Positions 26,559 through 38,700 of a stretch of DNA of 64,000 nt are shown one piece after another. The DNA is from Haplodiscus bocki. Its lineage: Eukaryota. Within the stretch, counting starts at the first letter, position 1. Each line of letters starts with the position of its first letter. The stretch is taken from the NCBI GenBank assembly GCA_965655095.1, contig OZ296649.1:91636001-91700000 (forward strand), given 5' to 3'. The notes below the pieces were generated by a model. It was not told the DNA's origin, did not search any database, and was given only the letters and a program-made list of their open reading frames with translations. The position numbers and the translations under genes are program-made.

Positions 26559-27009
26559 ACAAGTAGATGGGTGAGCAGAGCTGACGGGGGGAGGAAGACC
26601 CTAAGTAGTAGGATAGGCTATAGCGAGCGGAGAGGAGCCGAGAAGGGTCTTCCATCCTAGCCGACAGCTCTCGGGTGTTTTTGGGGTGACGTATTACTCA
26701 ATTCCGATGGGTTGACGAAGTTTAAGGGTTTTTCCTCGTTTCTGATTGACTGCCGACATCTTTTCCATTTTGGGTCTGAGCCGAGTGTGTTTGGTATTGT
26801 ATTAAGATAGGAAATGGTAAACGGCATTGTATTAGTATAGGCTACAGGGTTTTGCAAAGCATAAAGAGAGGGAGTGGGTTCACTTTCGGCACTGTGAAAC
26901 TTTTTCGAGAAATATTTTTTGAACTTTTTTCAGGGCCTCTGCGTATAATTATTACGGCGCGACTAAGTTTCACGCCTGCGGTAAGTTATTACAGCTGCGG
27001 ATACTGTTG
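26559..27009 (+). repeat. Left terminal inverted repeat of Polinton B
   Basis: Reverse complement of 44799-45264 throughout, e.g. GTGAGCAGAGCTGACGGG, CTCTCGGGTGTTTTTGGGGTGAC and CTGCGGATACTGTTG. Confidence 0.95.
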
Positions 27010-27032
27010 TGACCTAGTGCTATCTGAAAAAA

Positions 27033-27410
27033 TAGTTTGGCCTTGTATTATGTTAGGGTATAGTTCGGCACTGTCTTAAGATAAGGTATGGTTTGGCAAA
27101 ATTTTGAGATAGGTTATAATTCGGCAGTGTATTAGAATAGGCTATAGTTCGGTAATAAACTGAGATAGAGTATTGTTCAGCAATGTATTAAGATAGGGTA
27201 AAGTTCGGCAACGTATCAGGATAGTGTTTAGTTCAGCAATGTATTAAGATAGGTTTTAGTACGGTAATGTATTAAGATAGGGTCTTATTCGGCAATGTAT
27301 TAACAGAGTGTATAGTTCGGCAATGTATTAAGATAGGCTATAGTTTTGTAATATAATAAGTTAGAGTATAATTCGGCAATGCATTTACATAGAGTTTTGT
27401 TTGGCAACGT
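27033..27410. repeat. 28-bp tandem array (~13 copies) next to the left TIR
   Basis: TAGTTCGGCAATGTATTAAGATAGGGTA-like units start at 27061, 27089, 27117 ... 27397. Confidence 0.92.
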
Positions 27411-27889
27411 TCAAAGCTCAGTAGTGAAAGGATTTGTATGGTTTGCAACGGATCTCAGGAGTCATGCATTTCTTCAACGGGTGAAACCCGGATTCACAAC
27501 ATGGTTTTTTGAAGGGTAATCCCGGGATTATGACATTAGGATTTAGTAAAAATTATTCCTTTCAGTTGCGAATTTGAACGTCCGCGGAAAGAAAGCAATT
27601 TTTAGTGCGCGGAATGAAATTGCAACAGGAAAATCTCAACTAAACGTAAACATTGTAGCAGCTTGACTGTAGCAATGCAAACGAAATAATGGCGGCAAGA
27701 GTGTAACAAGTGATTCGCATTACAATATACAATACATGGAAAGACTATGAACAGAAAGTCCATCCATAAAAAATTACCGGTCAAAGAAAATTTGTCAATC
27801 ACTTTCTTTCACGATACTGATATGACTGAACGCTATTTTGAAAAACTGATTTTAAGTTTTAAGAAAAGAATTAGAGAGTGCAAATTTTA

Positions 27890-28330
27890 TCAAAAATATT
27901 GTGTAAATTGCTCGTTTTTATGGTAAAGAGGGAAAAGTTACAAGTATATACTTATAAAAGAAAGTACATTGATATCGTGAACTCCAGTATTTTGTTCCTG
28001 TTGGATCCTGAAGAGATGAAAAACTGCCTATATCGTGTAGAAACCAGAAACGCTGGGAGTAGACTGTAGAAGTTTTGGCATCATCTGCTAACATTGCTGC
28101 TTCAGGAAACTGGATCATCAGAGAGAGTCTGCAAAATAAAATTGGTGACGAGAGTTTGCAATCGTTATCCAATGCTCACTCTGCATATAGCTGGGTTGCG
28201 TACATATAATGGCAGAAGTCTAATGAGGAAAAACTGGAACATAGGCAGAAGGAAATGAACCAAAGTACCGATCCTTGAGCAGCGGGCTACGACCTATTAT
28301 TCGCTGGAGAAAAATATTGTCCGTTTGAGA
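27890..28330 (-). pseudogene. Polinton B adenain-like cysteine (maturation) protease
   Basis: YFGSFPSAYVP, then QSEHWITI (His), FYFADSL (Asp) and LQSTPSVSGFY (Q..CG motif with Cys decayed). Confidence 0.82.
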
Positions 28331-29660
28331 TATTTTTTCCAACAACAACAAACTTGTCAACTTCAATCGAAGACATTCGTTCCCCCAATACAATGATTTC
28401 AGCAACGTTTTCTAGAAGAAAATTAAAGTTTAGGTCCAGCCGCTGTGGTTCTCCATCTAATTCTGGTAAGAAAGATTTTCAGTTGCATATTGCATTGAAC
28501 TCAAATCAAACACTAGTTCACAGCGGTCTTTGAAATTATCAATTGGAAAATAGATACCATCTTGAAAGTTCATTGCTTTCATTGTCGTAATGTATAGGCG
28601 GAAATTATCAACAGCATAAAAGTCCACAATTGGCTGACCACCTCGCAGTGTTTTAAATTGTCTGACATCAAAAAGTTGACACCAGAATGGGTTTTCAGTG
28701 TATGATCCAGTGAATGCAGAGTTTGCATTCATTGCAAAAGCAATCCGACGAACTGGGCATTGTACAAAATGTTAACTTGGATGAAATGGTTTTGTCTGGC
28801 AGGAATGATGAAAGTCATTGCTAAAGTCTCCAAATAGTTGAAATCTATAGGGGTGTAAGCATTTTTGTCCACTCGTTTCTTTTGGTAATCATACATTAGA
28901 GCAAAAGGACGAGTTTAGAGTGAGCAATGAAAAATTCCAAGACTAAGTTTGGTGTTGTCGCTGATCATGTAAAAATTATGTCTGGCTCTGATTAGTCGTA
29001 ATCTACTTTTCATATTGGGATATACAATTCAAGAGTGGAGGAAAAGTCAACCCTGAGTGACCATGCAAGATGAAGCCATCGGGTCCACTAAGCAGTTTCA
29101 TTCAGCTTGTGAGAAAAGTTTCAGAAAAAGGCGCTTCCATAAATTCATCAGAAAATTCTTCAGGGTTTTTACTCCTCGCAGTGCAAAACCCATTTGTATT
29201 CAGCGAGGGCCCCCTTGAAGTTGTTGGAAATGCAAGATTTGTGCGCATACAATCCATTTGAGTTGTAAATTTGCTGATTGTTGATTTACACTTCAACATT
29301 GGAAAGAATTGAGTTCTTTACTTGATTAATGAGAGGATCTGCAGCTTGTTGCTCCTTCCTGCCACCGTCGTTTCCTCATTTGCTTTGGCTTTTTTTGTGC
29401 TCTTTCTGAACTTTTTTGGTATTGTAAGTTTCGTGACCACGCCCATTGACAAACTTTAGTTTCAAGGCCACTTACGTCTGCCTCAACATAAAAAATCCGA
29501 TCCGTTTGAAATTAAAACTCTATGCAGCTTTAATCGAGTGAGGTAGTAGGATAAGTTTCTTAATCGTGAGAAGACGAGACATCGTCAACTACTGGGAATT
29601 TCCCTCCAAGGTTTGCAGAAACTGCCGCAAAAGGTTGGTGCCGAAAATTGTCCAAATTGA
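28330..29660 (-). pseudogene. Polinton B major capsid protein (double jelly-roll, PY)
   Basis: AFTGSYTENPFW.QLFD, LRGGQP, LYITTMKAM and VFDLSS motifs. Fragmented ~440-codon gene in the canonical position between the small basic protein and the protease. Confidence 0.85.
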
Positions 29661-29679
29661 TTAATGAGAAATGTTTCTA

Positions 29680-30027
29680 AATAGGTCTCTTCTGGACCGA
29701 CTGGTTTATTTTGCAGTTTTTGTTCCAAAAGTTCTGCTTGCAGTCCTTTTGCTGCTACTCTTGACTGTTTATTTTTCAGAGTTGACTTTCCCGCACTCTT
29801 TGCAGCTGTCTTGAATTTTTTTCTTCCAGTAACAACCTCTGCAATTTCTGGCGCAGCATATTCCAACAAGTCAGCACCTACTCGTTTTGCAGCTGGGACG
29901 ATATATTTACGCAAAAATGGAATTGAAGTTCTCCCAATATCTTGTGCCACTGCACCTAATCCCCGTCCACGTTGTCGACCAATACCTTTATAGAATGGAA
30001 TCTCTAATTGTCTTGAAGCAACTATCT
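29680..30027 (-). pseudogene. Small basic Polinton virion protein with QRGxG motif and amphipathic helix (PM/core-like)
   Basis: FYKGIGRQRGRGLGAVAQDIGRTSIPFLRKYIVPAAKRVGADLL within ORF 29585-30079. Confidence 0.72.
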
Positions 30028-30042
30028 TGTAACGTCTTTTAG

Positions 30043-30816
30043 GTTGGAAATTAATGTCGGAGGCTTTTCTAAACATCAAAACATGACGAGTGATACCGGC
30101 AGGTACAAAAGGTATTTTTTCACCGCTCGTGTCTCCGAAGTCAATGTGAATACTTTGATAAAAATTTTTGAACAGCGGTCTGAACTGTACCTTACTAAAG
30201 GTCTAAAAGCACATGTCCTGTCCAGTAGTTTTTATAACTGAAGCTTTGAGCTTTGAGATAAAAAAAACAACGCAGCAACGGGGCCTTTGTGTCGCCATTG
30301 ATGTTGTATTCAATCATTTCAGTGTTTATCATAAGAGAATGTATGCGCAAAGTGTTGTAAGCAAAATCTGGTTTGTCATGTTCTTTTCCTCTCAACATTA
30401 CTTCCGAAACTGTAACCCCGCACTTGAAAGCATGCAGGACCATATTCTTCATTTGCAAGGTAGACCTTAAAATTTGCGCTTTTCGAGACACCTCGCCGGT
30501 GATACAAATCTCGCGCTGATTGTGTCTTTCTTGAAAAAGAGTGTTCATGGATTCAACAATATCCGTGATGAAAAGGTTGAAACCGGCTTCCAGATAGTAG
30601 AATTTAGACGAGGTTGATGATTTTTACCAAAAAACATGAATTTCCTCACAGTGACTTTTTGGTACACTGCTGGGAAGGATAATTCCGACATTGCAACCTC
30701 CCCTTGACCTTCCAGTTTCAGTGGCTCCGGTTAAAATTTGGTAAAAAGCTGAGTGTATTGTCCGGAAATAGTTGCGCAGATGAACTTGAAACCCACTGCG
30801 TTGTAAATCATTCCAT
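30043..30816 (-). pseudogene. Polinton B minor capsid (penton, PX) protein
   Basis: ATG at 30816, S..FPDNTLS.F...LEGQ.EVA.SE.S.P, IEYNINGDTKAPLLR and IHIDFGDTSGEKIPF, ending LMFRK. Confidence 0.82.
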
Positions 30817-30819
30817 TGT

Positions 30820-31750
30820 TAAATGGAATTGATCAATTTGTTCTGATGAAATGTACCGCGGATCCTCTCATCCTGTTCAATCTTTATTGCGTATGTTGGA
30901 GGTTTTCTGGAAGAACTTGCGACAATTTCTAAAGTTCCTTGTGTACACTGTGGCTTGTAACCTTTTCTGAAGGGTCAGTCCGACTTCGAGATGCGAACAT
31001 TGTCTCCAATTTTATACTTGCGTTTTCTATATTCTCGTCGAGGTTTGCTGTAAAGAATGAACAAGAAGTCGGAATTCTTGAATTTTTGTTATCAGGTTTA
31101 CCAGCAAATTTTTCTCAAATTCAGGGTTTTGACGAAATGAGACAATTTGTGATTGTACTTGTATCCAAACCCTTCCATGTAACGGTAAAGTGCGTTTTTC
31201 AAGGATCGTTTTGTGCGCTCAACAAATGCAGCTTTAGTCTGACTCATTTTTGAGTAAATTTGTATTGCTTTAGCTTTGCAAAGTTTTTCAAACTCTCCAG
31301 CAAGTTCTGTTTCTTTTATCGACCCAAGTTTTCACGGAACAATTCTTTTTCGTAATGATAGTCAAAAATGCTCGAGTCATTTCTTCGGAATCTTTTGTTT
31401 CAATCTATCTGCATCTAGGTTTCCATCAAACAGGTCTTGATGAACTAGAAGATACTTTACACCGTTGTTATCTTTGGATGGTTTGTCAACGTATGCCAGG
31501 TCCAAGCACCCAACTTCATTTTTGAATCTGGCAAATGCGTTCATTTTCTTGAATTTACGCGTGGCAAGAGGAAATTTTGTGTACGAAGGTTTTGAATGCC
31601 AAAATTGTCCCACTTTTGCTACCGGTAGGTTACTAGCTTTCCGTGATTTGCACACAGACCCTCAAGCAGCAACCTTTGGGCTTACAATAATTGCAACTTC
31701 TGACGTTCATATTTTACAAGGGACTCAGCTTCATCATTCTTTGGCTTTGA
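30820..31750 (-). pseudogene. Polinton B retroviral-like DDE integrase
   Basis: CLDLAYVD..KYLLVHQDLF, LGVDKRNR.. (VDKGTEF decayed), AFVERTKRSLK and FKIGD.VRISK..F.KGY. Confidence 0.9.
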
Positions 31751-32119
31751 CTTTCTGATTCAGAATTAAAGTTGGGGAATACCAGCATTCTCAATTAAAG
31801 TAAATTAAATATCTGGAACAACTGCGTTTTTCCGCGGAAGTTGTTGGAAAATGTCTGACAGTAAAAGCCCAGTTTCCACACCATCCAAAATTAAAGTCTG
31901 CGAATTTGACAGCTTGATACGAGGACAAAACAAAATTTTGTCGACTATAGAATGTGCTTCGGCAAACAGTTTTTTGTTTATTTCCTCTTTAGGTGATTCA
32001 ATTTGGTTCGTAGGATTTTGTTCAGCATGATACTCCAGAAGCTCGTGTTTTGTAAATGAGTGAGTTTTTAAACACTTATTGTTGTACACAGAAGCAGGAA
32101 CGAGATCAATCTGCTCCAT
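31706..32119 (-). pseudogene. Conserved uncharacterised Polinton B ORF upstream of the integrase
   Basis: ORF 31805-32119 (MEQIDLVPASVY...) continues past a stop to ~31706. Co-oriented in the core gene cluster. Confidence 0.55.
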
Positions 32120-32199
32120 ATCAAGTCAAATGGTTAATGATGGGGGGATTTATGACTGCCTTTCTTATTTGCTTCAAAGAGGTTCTTTTCAGAAAGAAC

Positions 32200-33035
32200 A
32201 ATCAAAATTCGTTTTGAAAAATTGTCACGTAATGTTTTTCATGGTTTCCAGGTTTCCTTCGAGAAGAGTCACTATACATTCGGAGAAGAACCTGATGACC
32301 TTTTTTGGGCAAGACTGAAGGAAAAGAATTTCGCATTTGTGGGAAAACGATATGAACACTTGGGGAGTAGAGAGATTTTGTGTGTTCATCGTCCAAAAAA
32401 TTTGAATATTTCAGCTGGTCGGGATAAAAAAATTTTATGGAATGGATCCGGTGTTTCTACAAAAACGAAATCGATCGTCTGTGTAAGGCGGGAAGTCAAT
32501 CAGTAAAAAACCAAAAGGAACAGATGTTGCTCCGCGATACTTGTCAACTAACACTGATCCGAGCCCCTGTTGCGCAATATTTGTACTGACTTGCATCACA
32601 TCACAAGAGATTTGAAAAAAACAATTTGCCGGTGCTGGAGCTCAACATCTCGTTCAAATTGCTTTGGTTAAACAAGTTGTGTTTATATTAAAAAGTACTG
32701 AAACCAAGATGTCTTCCAGCAATAGCACAATCGATAAACGCTTTTCAATTGCATGTTTCTTCACATTAATCGTGAAAAATTACCAAATACTTTGCATTTT
32801 TTTAAACGAAATTTTATTTTCAAAGTTTTCACCTTGAATGAACTCGAAAATTTCAATCTTTTTTTTGTATAACATCGTAAAGAGGCTGGCGGTGTAGATA
32901 AAAAATTATTTTTGTCATTTTTTTTGAAAGGTTCCAATTGTGAGCCAATTGTGATGAAATTTTGACTTTCTTGTCTCGAGCGGACCTACCAATGAAATAA
33001 AAATGCGACTCCTTTGTGGAAATTTACTTGTTCAT
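32200..33035 (-). pseudogene. Polinton B A32/FtsK-like genome-packaging ATPase
   Basis: ATG at 33035, Walker A LVGPLETRKS (decayed GxxxxGKS), Walker B YLVIFHD, AGRHLG...HNLF motif, and tail in ORF 32202-32396. Confidence 0.85.
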
Positions 33036-33390
33036 GGTCTTGGTGAGGGTAAAAAGGCTGCACTACACAGAAGTTTTTTCCCAGCAGTTGATTCAAAAGT
33101 TTTTGAAAGCTGAATTTTCCAAGAGCAACCGAAGATGATCAACAAGATGACAAAAAGTTCGGACAAAAAGACAATCAGAGATATGGAGCAGGGATAGCCC
33201 AACAAGTCCCAGATTTTCTTTCTTCATTATTGTTGTCAAAGACAATTTTGACTGAATGAATAATACCTTTTTTATCAGTCATCTAACTTAAGCGCTCAAT
33301 TACTCAATATTGAACTTTGGAAAGAGATTGAATCCCTTTAGATGACCTAATTACGTTGATACTGACAAAACATGGCACAATACAAAAATA

Positions 33391-33870
33391 TTACAACTTA
33401 AAATGCGGCATTGCCCAGTTACCAAGCAATTTTGACTTGCACTCTACAAATTGCAGTGTGGTCTTTTGTCTGAATGAGTGACTCGAGCAAATCCAGTTTT
33501 CTTCTTTTGCTTTAGGGTAAACAAGATTCGGAGCTTGGGGCAGCCATGATCGTCCAAATTTTCCACCTCTTTTTTCAAGAAATTGCCATGAGTTTTGCCT
33601 TTTTCTGTTCCTTTGCAGAATTTTCACCAATTACATCTCCAGGAAAAAATGTGGTGGAGCTCACTGCAATCCAAACAATGACTTTTCCTCACAATTCCGT
33701 GCAAGTTTCTTGCACACTAAAATGCTCGTTTTGTGAATTTGTAATTTTTTGGAAGCCGAAATGAGTATTCCTGAACTTTCCCATCAAAAAAACTCCCAAC
33801 TCTTTATTATTGTTTATATCTGCAAGCTCAATATCTAGTACAAGGCATAAAAGTTTGCTTCAAAAGTCGA
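33391..33870 (-). pseudogene. Putative DEDD-family 3'-5' exonuclease-like accessory gene
   Basis: CLVLDIEL...KELGVF...YSFRLP...RNLHGI, and a C-terminal ..CPK...WICSS...C. Confidence 0.5.
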
Positions 33871-33879
33871 GAAAGTTGA

Positions 33880-34214
33880 AAATGGAAGGTAGAAACGTTT
33901 CTGCGTAATGGCAGAAGAGTAATCCAGTTAGGTGACCAAAAACAATGAACTTGGTCTTCTTTCAACCATGTCACAGTAGCTGGGACCTTTACCACTATGT
34001 GCCCGCACTGCTCCAGCAGCATCATGTAGCACTGCATGTAGTCTAAGTACTTTGAAATGACGAAACAAGAACTCCAAGTACGAGTCACTTTTACCAATGA
34101 TTCCCCAAATTTAAAATTTCAGTCCATCTCACGTAAGGAAAATCTGGAATCCCAACAGAAACATGCACTTTGAAAAACTATTTTTTCGCGAACACTTTTG
34201 TGCTTAAAGGACAT
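33880..34214 (-). pseudogene. Accessory ORF with LHAVLHDAAG motif (possibly PLA2-like)
   Basis: Minus-strand translation GIIG..DSYLEFLFRHFKVLRLHAVLHDAAGAVRAHSGKGPSYC. Confidence 0.4.
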
Positions 34215-34741
34215 TCTTATTAGCTGGTACAATTGGAAAATGATCATTGGGAGAAGAACATGCATTTTTGACAAAAGTTTTTCTGAATATGATCAGTTAT
34301 TTCATCCAGTACAATGCATCGCTTGTAAAATGTGTTAATTTAGCTCATTAGTTGATTTTGTTTTGCCAAGAGTGACTGGTATTCTGTCGACTTCAGATCA
34401 ACTTGATTGTTTTTGAGGTATAAACTGTTTCGGTGACGGATCGCGACAATATTCAACTTGTCTGTATCAGTCTTGAAATTTACACATACTTTTCACCTAC
34501 CACTTCATAATGTCTTTTTTAGGCAAAAAAAGTTTTTTGGAGTCAGTATTTTCAGTATCTGGCAGTTGTTGCATTTCGTGTAAGTTTTTCAGGAGAAGTT
34601 TTTGGAGTTGTGAATACTACATGATAAAGTTCCCATTTTCATTTTAGCTTGCAAAAGATGTTCCTATTATCTCTAAAGTTCCAACTCGTCCTAACTCGAA
34701 AAGAAAAAAATTGATAAAGAGTAAAAAGATGAAACTACTTT

Positions 34742-35320
34742 TTATAGGGCATTACAAATGGGTTGATCAGTTTTAATTTGATTATATAAAGAAGTCATTA
34801 CATCAAGTAGAAGTATAATTTCCTCAAATTCGTAATTCGCAAAGACAATTTGTTAAAACTTCTCATACTCCGTTTTCCTGGCAAATAATCGGATATGGAC
34901 ATAAAATTTCTCTGTCTTGTCCCCACACTCTACCGCAGCAGAGTTGCACAAACTTTTCCGTTCGCTCAGTCCACTGTGTCAAAAACCTTGTGAGCCAGTT
35001 TGAGTTGTTCATCCATGTCTTCGGACAATGCTGGTATCAGCTCTTCTCGACCAATGTTTTCTGCTGCAATGACCCGCTGATTCCCCAATCTCATGAACTC
35101 CTTGAAATCTGTTTCTCCCATTGTAAAACATTGTACCAGTTAGATTTCTTTGTTGTAATTTTTTTTGAAAACTTTGAGTTTTACATCCAAATTGTTGGAA
35201 TGATTTTCGGACCAAAAAATTGTCCAAACCTGTCCTGGCCTTTGCCAAAGTCCATATGGTCGGTACAAGTTGTCTAGTTCAAGGAAGCAGTAGCGTTGTC
35301 AGCCAGAAGTGAACGAGACA
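34742..35320 (-). pseudogene. Uncharacterised Polinton B accessory ORF
   Basis: Frameshifted frames give TCTDHMDFGKGQDRFG...KDMDEQLKLAHKVFDTVD...RKSLCNS, ending QPICNAL* at 34742. Confidence 0.45.
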
Positions 35321-35415
35321 GAATGCTTATAGCTGAAAAGGGTGATTTATTTTTGTTCGTGAAAGTTAATGAATGATTTTGGAGTTGTAATTTCTCACTC
35401 AATCACGCATATTTT

Positions 35416-35486
35416 TTGGTCATTGTCACGTGACATTTCTACAAAGGGTAGTCTTTGCCTTTTTGGTCATTGTCACGTGACATTTT
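35416..35486. promoter_or_regulatory. Duplicated 12-bp palindrome TGTCACGTGACA (E-box) between divergent ORFs
   Basis: Perfect palindromes at 35424-35435 and 35471-35482 within a ~26-bp direct repeat. Confidence 0.5.
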
Positions 35487-37332
35487 CAAATTTGAAACCT
35501 ATTGCTTCTTTTGGTAGGTTTGTACAAGAAGTAATAATTCTTTGATTTTCAGATTCCTTTGTTCAGTAAAAGACACAACAATCAGATGGCGGCTGCATTG
35601 TTACAAGTGATTACCAGTTCCTATACAGACTTTTCGAAAAAGAGTTTTTTTTTCTGCAATCACATATGAAAGATACGTTGTGAGTTAAGATTACTGTTTT
35701 GCCCACCACGATGACAAGATGTGCTTCCTACCCAATTGTGGATCACAGTATACTAATAGGGTACATTAAAGACTTGCTACGAAAATTGGATTCATTCTGT
35801 TTCTGTTTCAACTACCAACAGGTGGACCATCTGTGTACACTTATCAAGTACCGATTCATTGGAGAAACTGTTGTAAAGTGTAGACGACTCTTTCAGATTG
35901 TGCAGAGGGCAGTTCAATTAAACCAACAAAACCAGGGAATGGACCTAATGCCCAGCATAGCGAAAAAGGAACTCCTGAGCAAGATGTAGGAAAAACATTT
36001 GTTGAGCTCGTACCAAAAGACAAAATCGACGCAAACTAGTGGATCAGTCTTGGCAGACAGAATTGAACACGTTAAAATGACAAAGTTTCTTTCAAAACTC
36101 ACAAAAATTGTAGATTTTTATCTAGATGGTCATGGTGTTTATACTGTTATTTTAATATCTTTTCAAAAAATATCTTTGTGAACTAACTTTTTTCTGGATT
36201 CCCATTAAATTTGTGTGAGGCAGCTGGTAGTGCAATAGGTATAATCATCGAAACTGTCAACAATTCAATTGCCATAAAAAACGAAATATGAGAGAGATCT
36301 GTATCAAATTTGAGACAACCGCTTGCCACACACTCATTAAAAAAATTTTCACACCAAGCCTTTGACAACTTCAAACAGACTTCTCTTTGAAGTTGGTAAC
36401 ACATTGATAATGAGTCAGCGAGAGTCTGGAAAAACTTTTCAAAAACAGATTTTACAACGTGTAAGATTAGCTGTTGCAAGGCAAAAGATTTTACATCGCG
36501 TTAGACTTTAAATTTTAAAACTTTGGACAAGTCAGATTTATTTTTACAAAAAGCATTCGAACAATCACGTTTTGTTTCAAGGTTATGCCGTGAAAACGAC
36601 ATACTTTGCATTTTTCATCCTTTTTTAAAAAAAGATGATTTTGAAGTAAAAATTTTAAAAGGTGTTAGTTTTTAAATTGAAAAAAACACAACGCGTAAGT
36701 TTTTGAAGTAGAATCTCTGAAACGAGTCATATTTTGCATTAAAAAATTACAACACGTCAGATTTTGAATTGAAATTTTTACAACGTTTCACATTTTGATT
36801 TGAAAATTTTTATTCCTCGTCACATTGTGGGTCAAAATATTTGCATCTTTTCAAAGGTTAAATTCTAACCTAGTCCCACTACATATATTTTCCACAACGT
36901 TTTCAGCCAAACAACCATTAACAATTACAGACTTCAATATTTTCGTCAAATAGAAAGTAGCATTCACCAGCATTGAAACAAGACTTCATGTATTCTTTAA
37001 GGCACGGACTTTGACTTTTGATTTGGCTAAGGCTTCCCACTTTTTTTTCAGTGTGGACTTAATAGAAAAAGAAACTTGCTGCTACCATCAAAATTAATGA
37101 TCACGATGCTAGAACTGCTTTTGTCTCAGGAATGTCTGAGTTTTTTTCGAAAAGGGTTTTGATAACGTGAAACACGTTATCAACAGTTTATATTAAAATA
37201 GATAAATAGATACACAGTAGCGATCATATAAACTATTCGAACAAGTTTCTTTAAACAGAATGGGGAACATTCTCAATTCTTGTTTCAAATCGGCGACTTT
37301 TCGTCAACACAGCGGGTTGGGTTGGTTTCTCG

Positions 37333-37633
37333 NNNNNNNNNNNNNNNNNNNNNNNNNNNNNNNNNNNNNNNNNNNNNNNNNNNNNNNNNNNNNNNNNNNN
37401 NNNNNNNNNNNNNNNNNNNNNNNNNNNNNNNNNNNNNNNNNNNNNNNNNNNNNNNNNNNNNNNNNNNNNNNNNNNNNNNNNNNNNNNNNNNNNNNNNNNN
37501 NNNNNNNNNNNNNNNNNNNNNNNNNNNNNNNNNNNNNNNNNNNNNNNNNNNNNNNNNNNNNNNNNNNNNNNNNNNNNNNNNNNNNNNNNNNNNNNNNNNN
37601 NNNNNNNNNNNNNNNNNNNNNNNNNNNNNNNNN
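37333..37633. other. Assembly gap (N run) inside Polinton B
   Basis: ~301 N bases. Confidence 1.
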
Positions 37634-38317
37634 TCTCGCCCTTTGTCAATCAGAACAGGGTTTTCAGCCATTGAACCCATCTCAAAATCGGTAAAAGTTG
37701 AAGAGGAAAAAGAAGTATCTATGCCTGGTCGGAAGATTGCATCCTTGTTCAAGTTAGGATCCTCGCAGTGAAACTCTACATTCTCCAGATGGGACACCTA
37801 AAAACCGTTTGTGTCCACGTTTTGTGCGTCTCTACTCGAAAGTACTTCATCTCGCATCTGCATTGCCTCTTCCTGGTTGGGCTTAGTTGGAATTCGTGCC
37901 AGATGGTTATTCAAAAGCTCAAATTTCTGAGACAACAACAAGCTCCAAGCTGCCACAGGAATTTCATGGGAACGTATTGTCAATTCATGGACGAGATCTT
38001 TTACAGTCGAAGTAACTAAATCTGGTCCAGAATCACTTGACCAGTGGAAACCGTCGTTGCAGACTGAGGAAATCATGTTGTTTTACTGTAGACTGAAAAC
38101 GTATAGAATGAGAATGGAAATGAACTTTTGTTTAACTGGTTCAACCAATGTTGAGTTGACCCACTTATGCCATAAATGGAATGGTTTTTGCTTTTCTGGC
38201 CCGGTTTGGGTGTAATTCGATGTGATTTGCGCATAATTTTTATCAAAAATAGAGATGGGTTTCCTTTTCCGTAGTCGCGACTCATTTTTGCAAGGCAATT
38301 TGTACCATCACCACCAA

Positions 38318-38700
38318 TCATAAAAATAGTCGTTTTTTGTTCCGTAAAAAAATAATCAGGACATGAGAGCAGGCTTTACACATTTTACAGTCGCAAATAG
38401 TAGAGTTTTTGTTGGTTGAAATGTGAACACATTTTTTGTTTGGGCATGTTGGACAATTTACAACTCCAATAACATCATGAATTGATTTTTGCTTCAATTC
38501 AAAACCACAAATTACTTTCCCAGACTTCAAGAAAAACGAACTTGTTTTTCCATCAAACGGAATATTGTGCACCTGACACATGGACGAGCATTGAGGACAT
38601 TGATGGTTACTTCTTGCAAGAGATTGGAAAGTGTTTTTGTGCGCGCAAAACGTATCCGAGCACATTGTTCTCGCACAATACCTCGTTCTTCAAAAATTGA
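38318..38700 (-). pseudogene. Cys-rich (Zn-binding-like) accessory ORF of Polinton B
   Basis: ORF 38318-38665 carries HQCPQC, CPTCPNKKC and CDCKMCKAC. Confidence 0.4.

Noticed and set aside
27033-27410. 28-bp repeats as a CRISPR array
   Set aside because: Head-to-tail units without spacers.
37251-37797. ORFs spanning the second N gap
   Set aside because: Length is due to Ns. The real flanking ORF cannot be defined.
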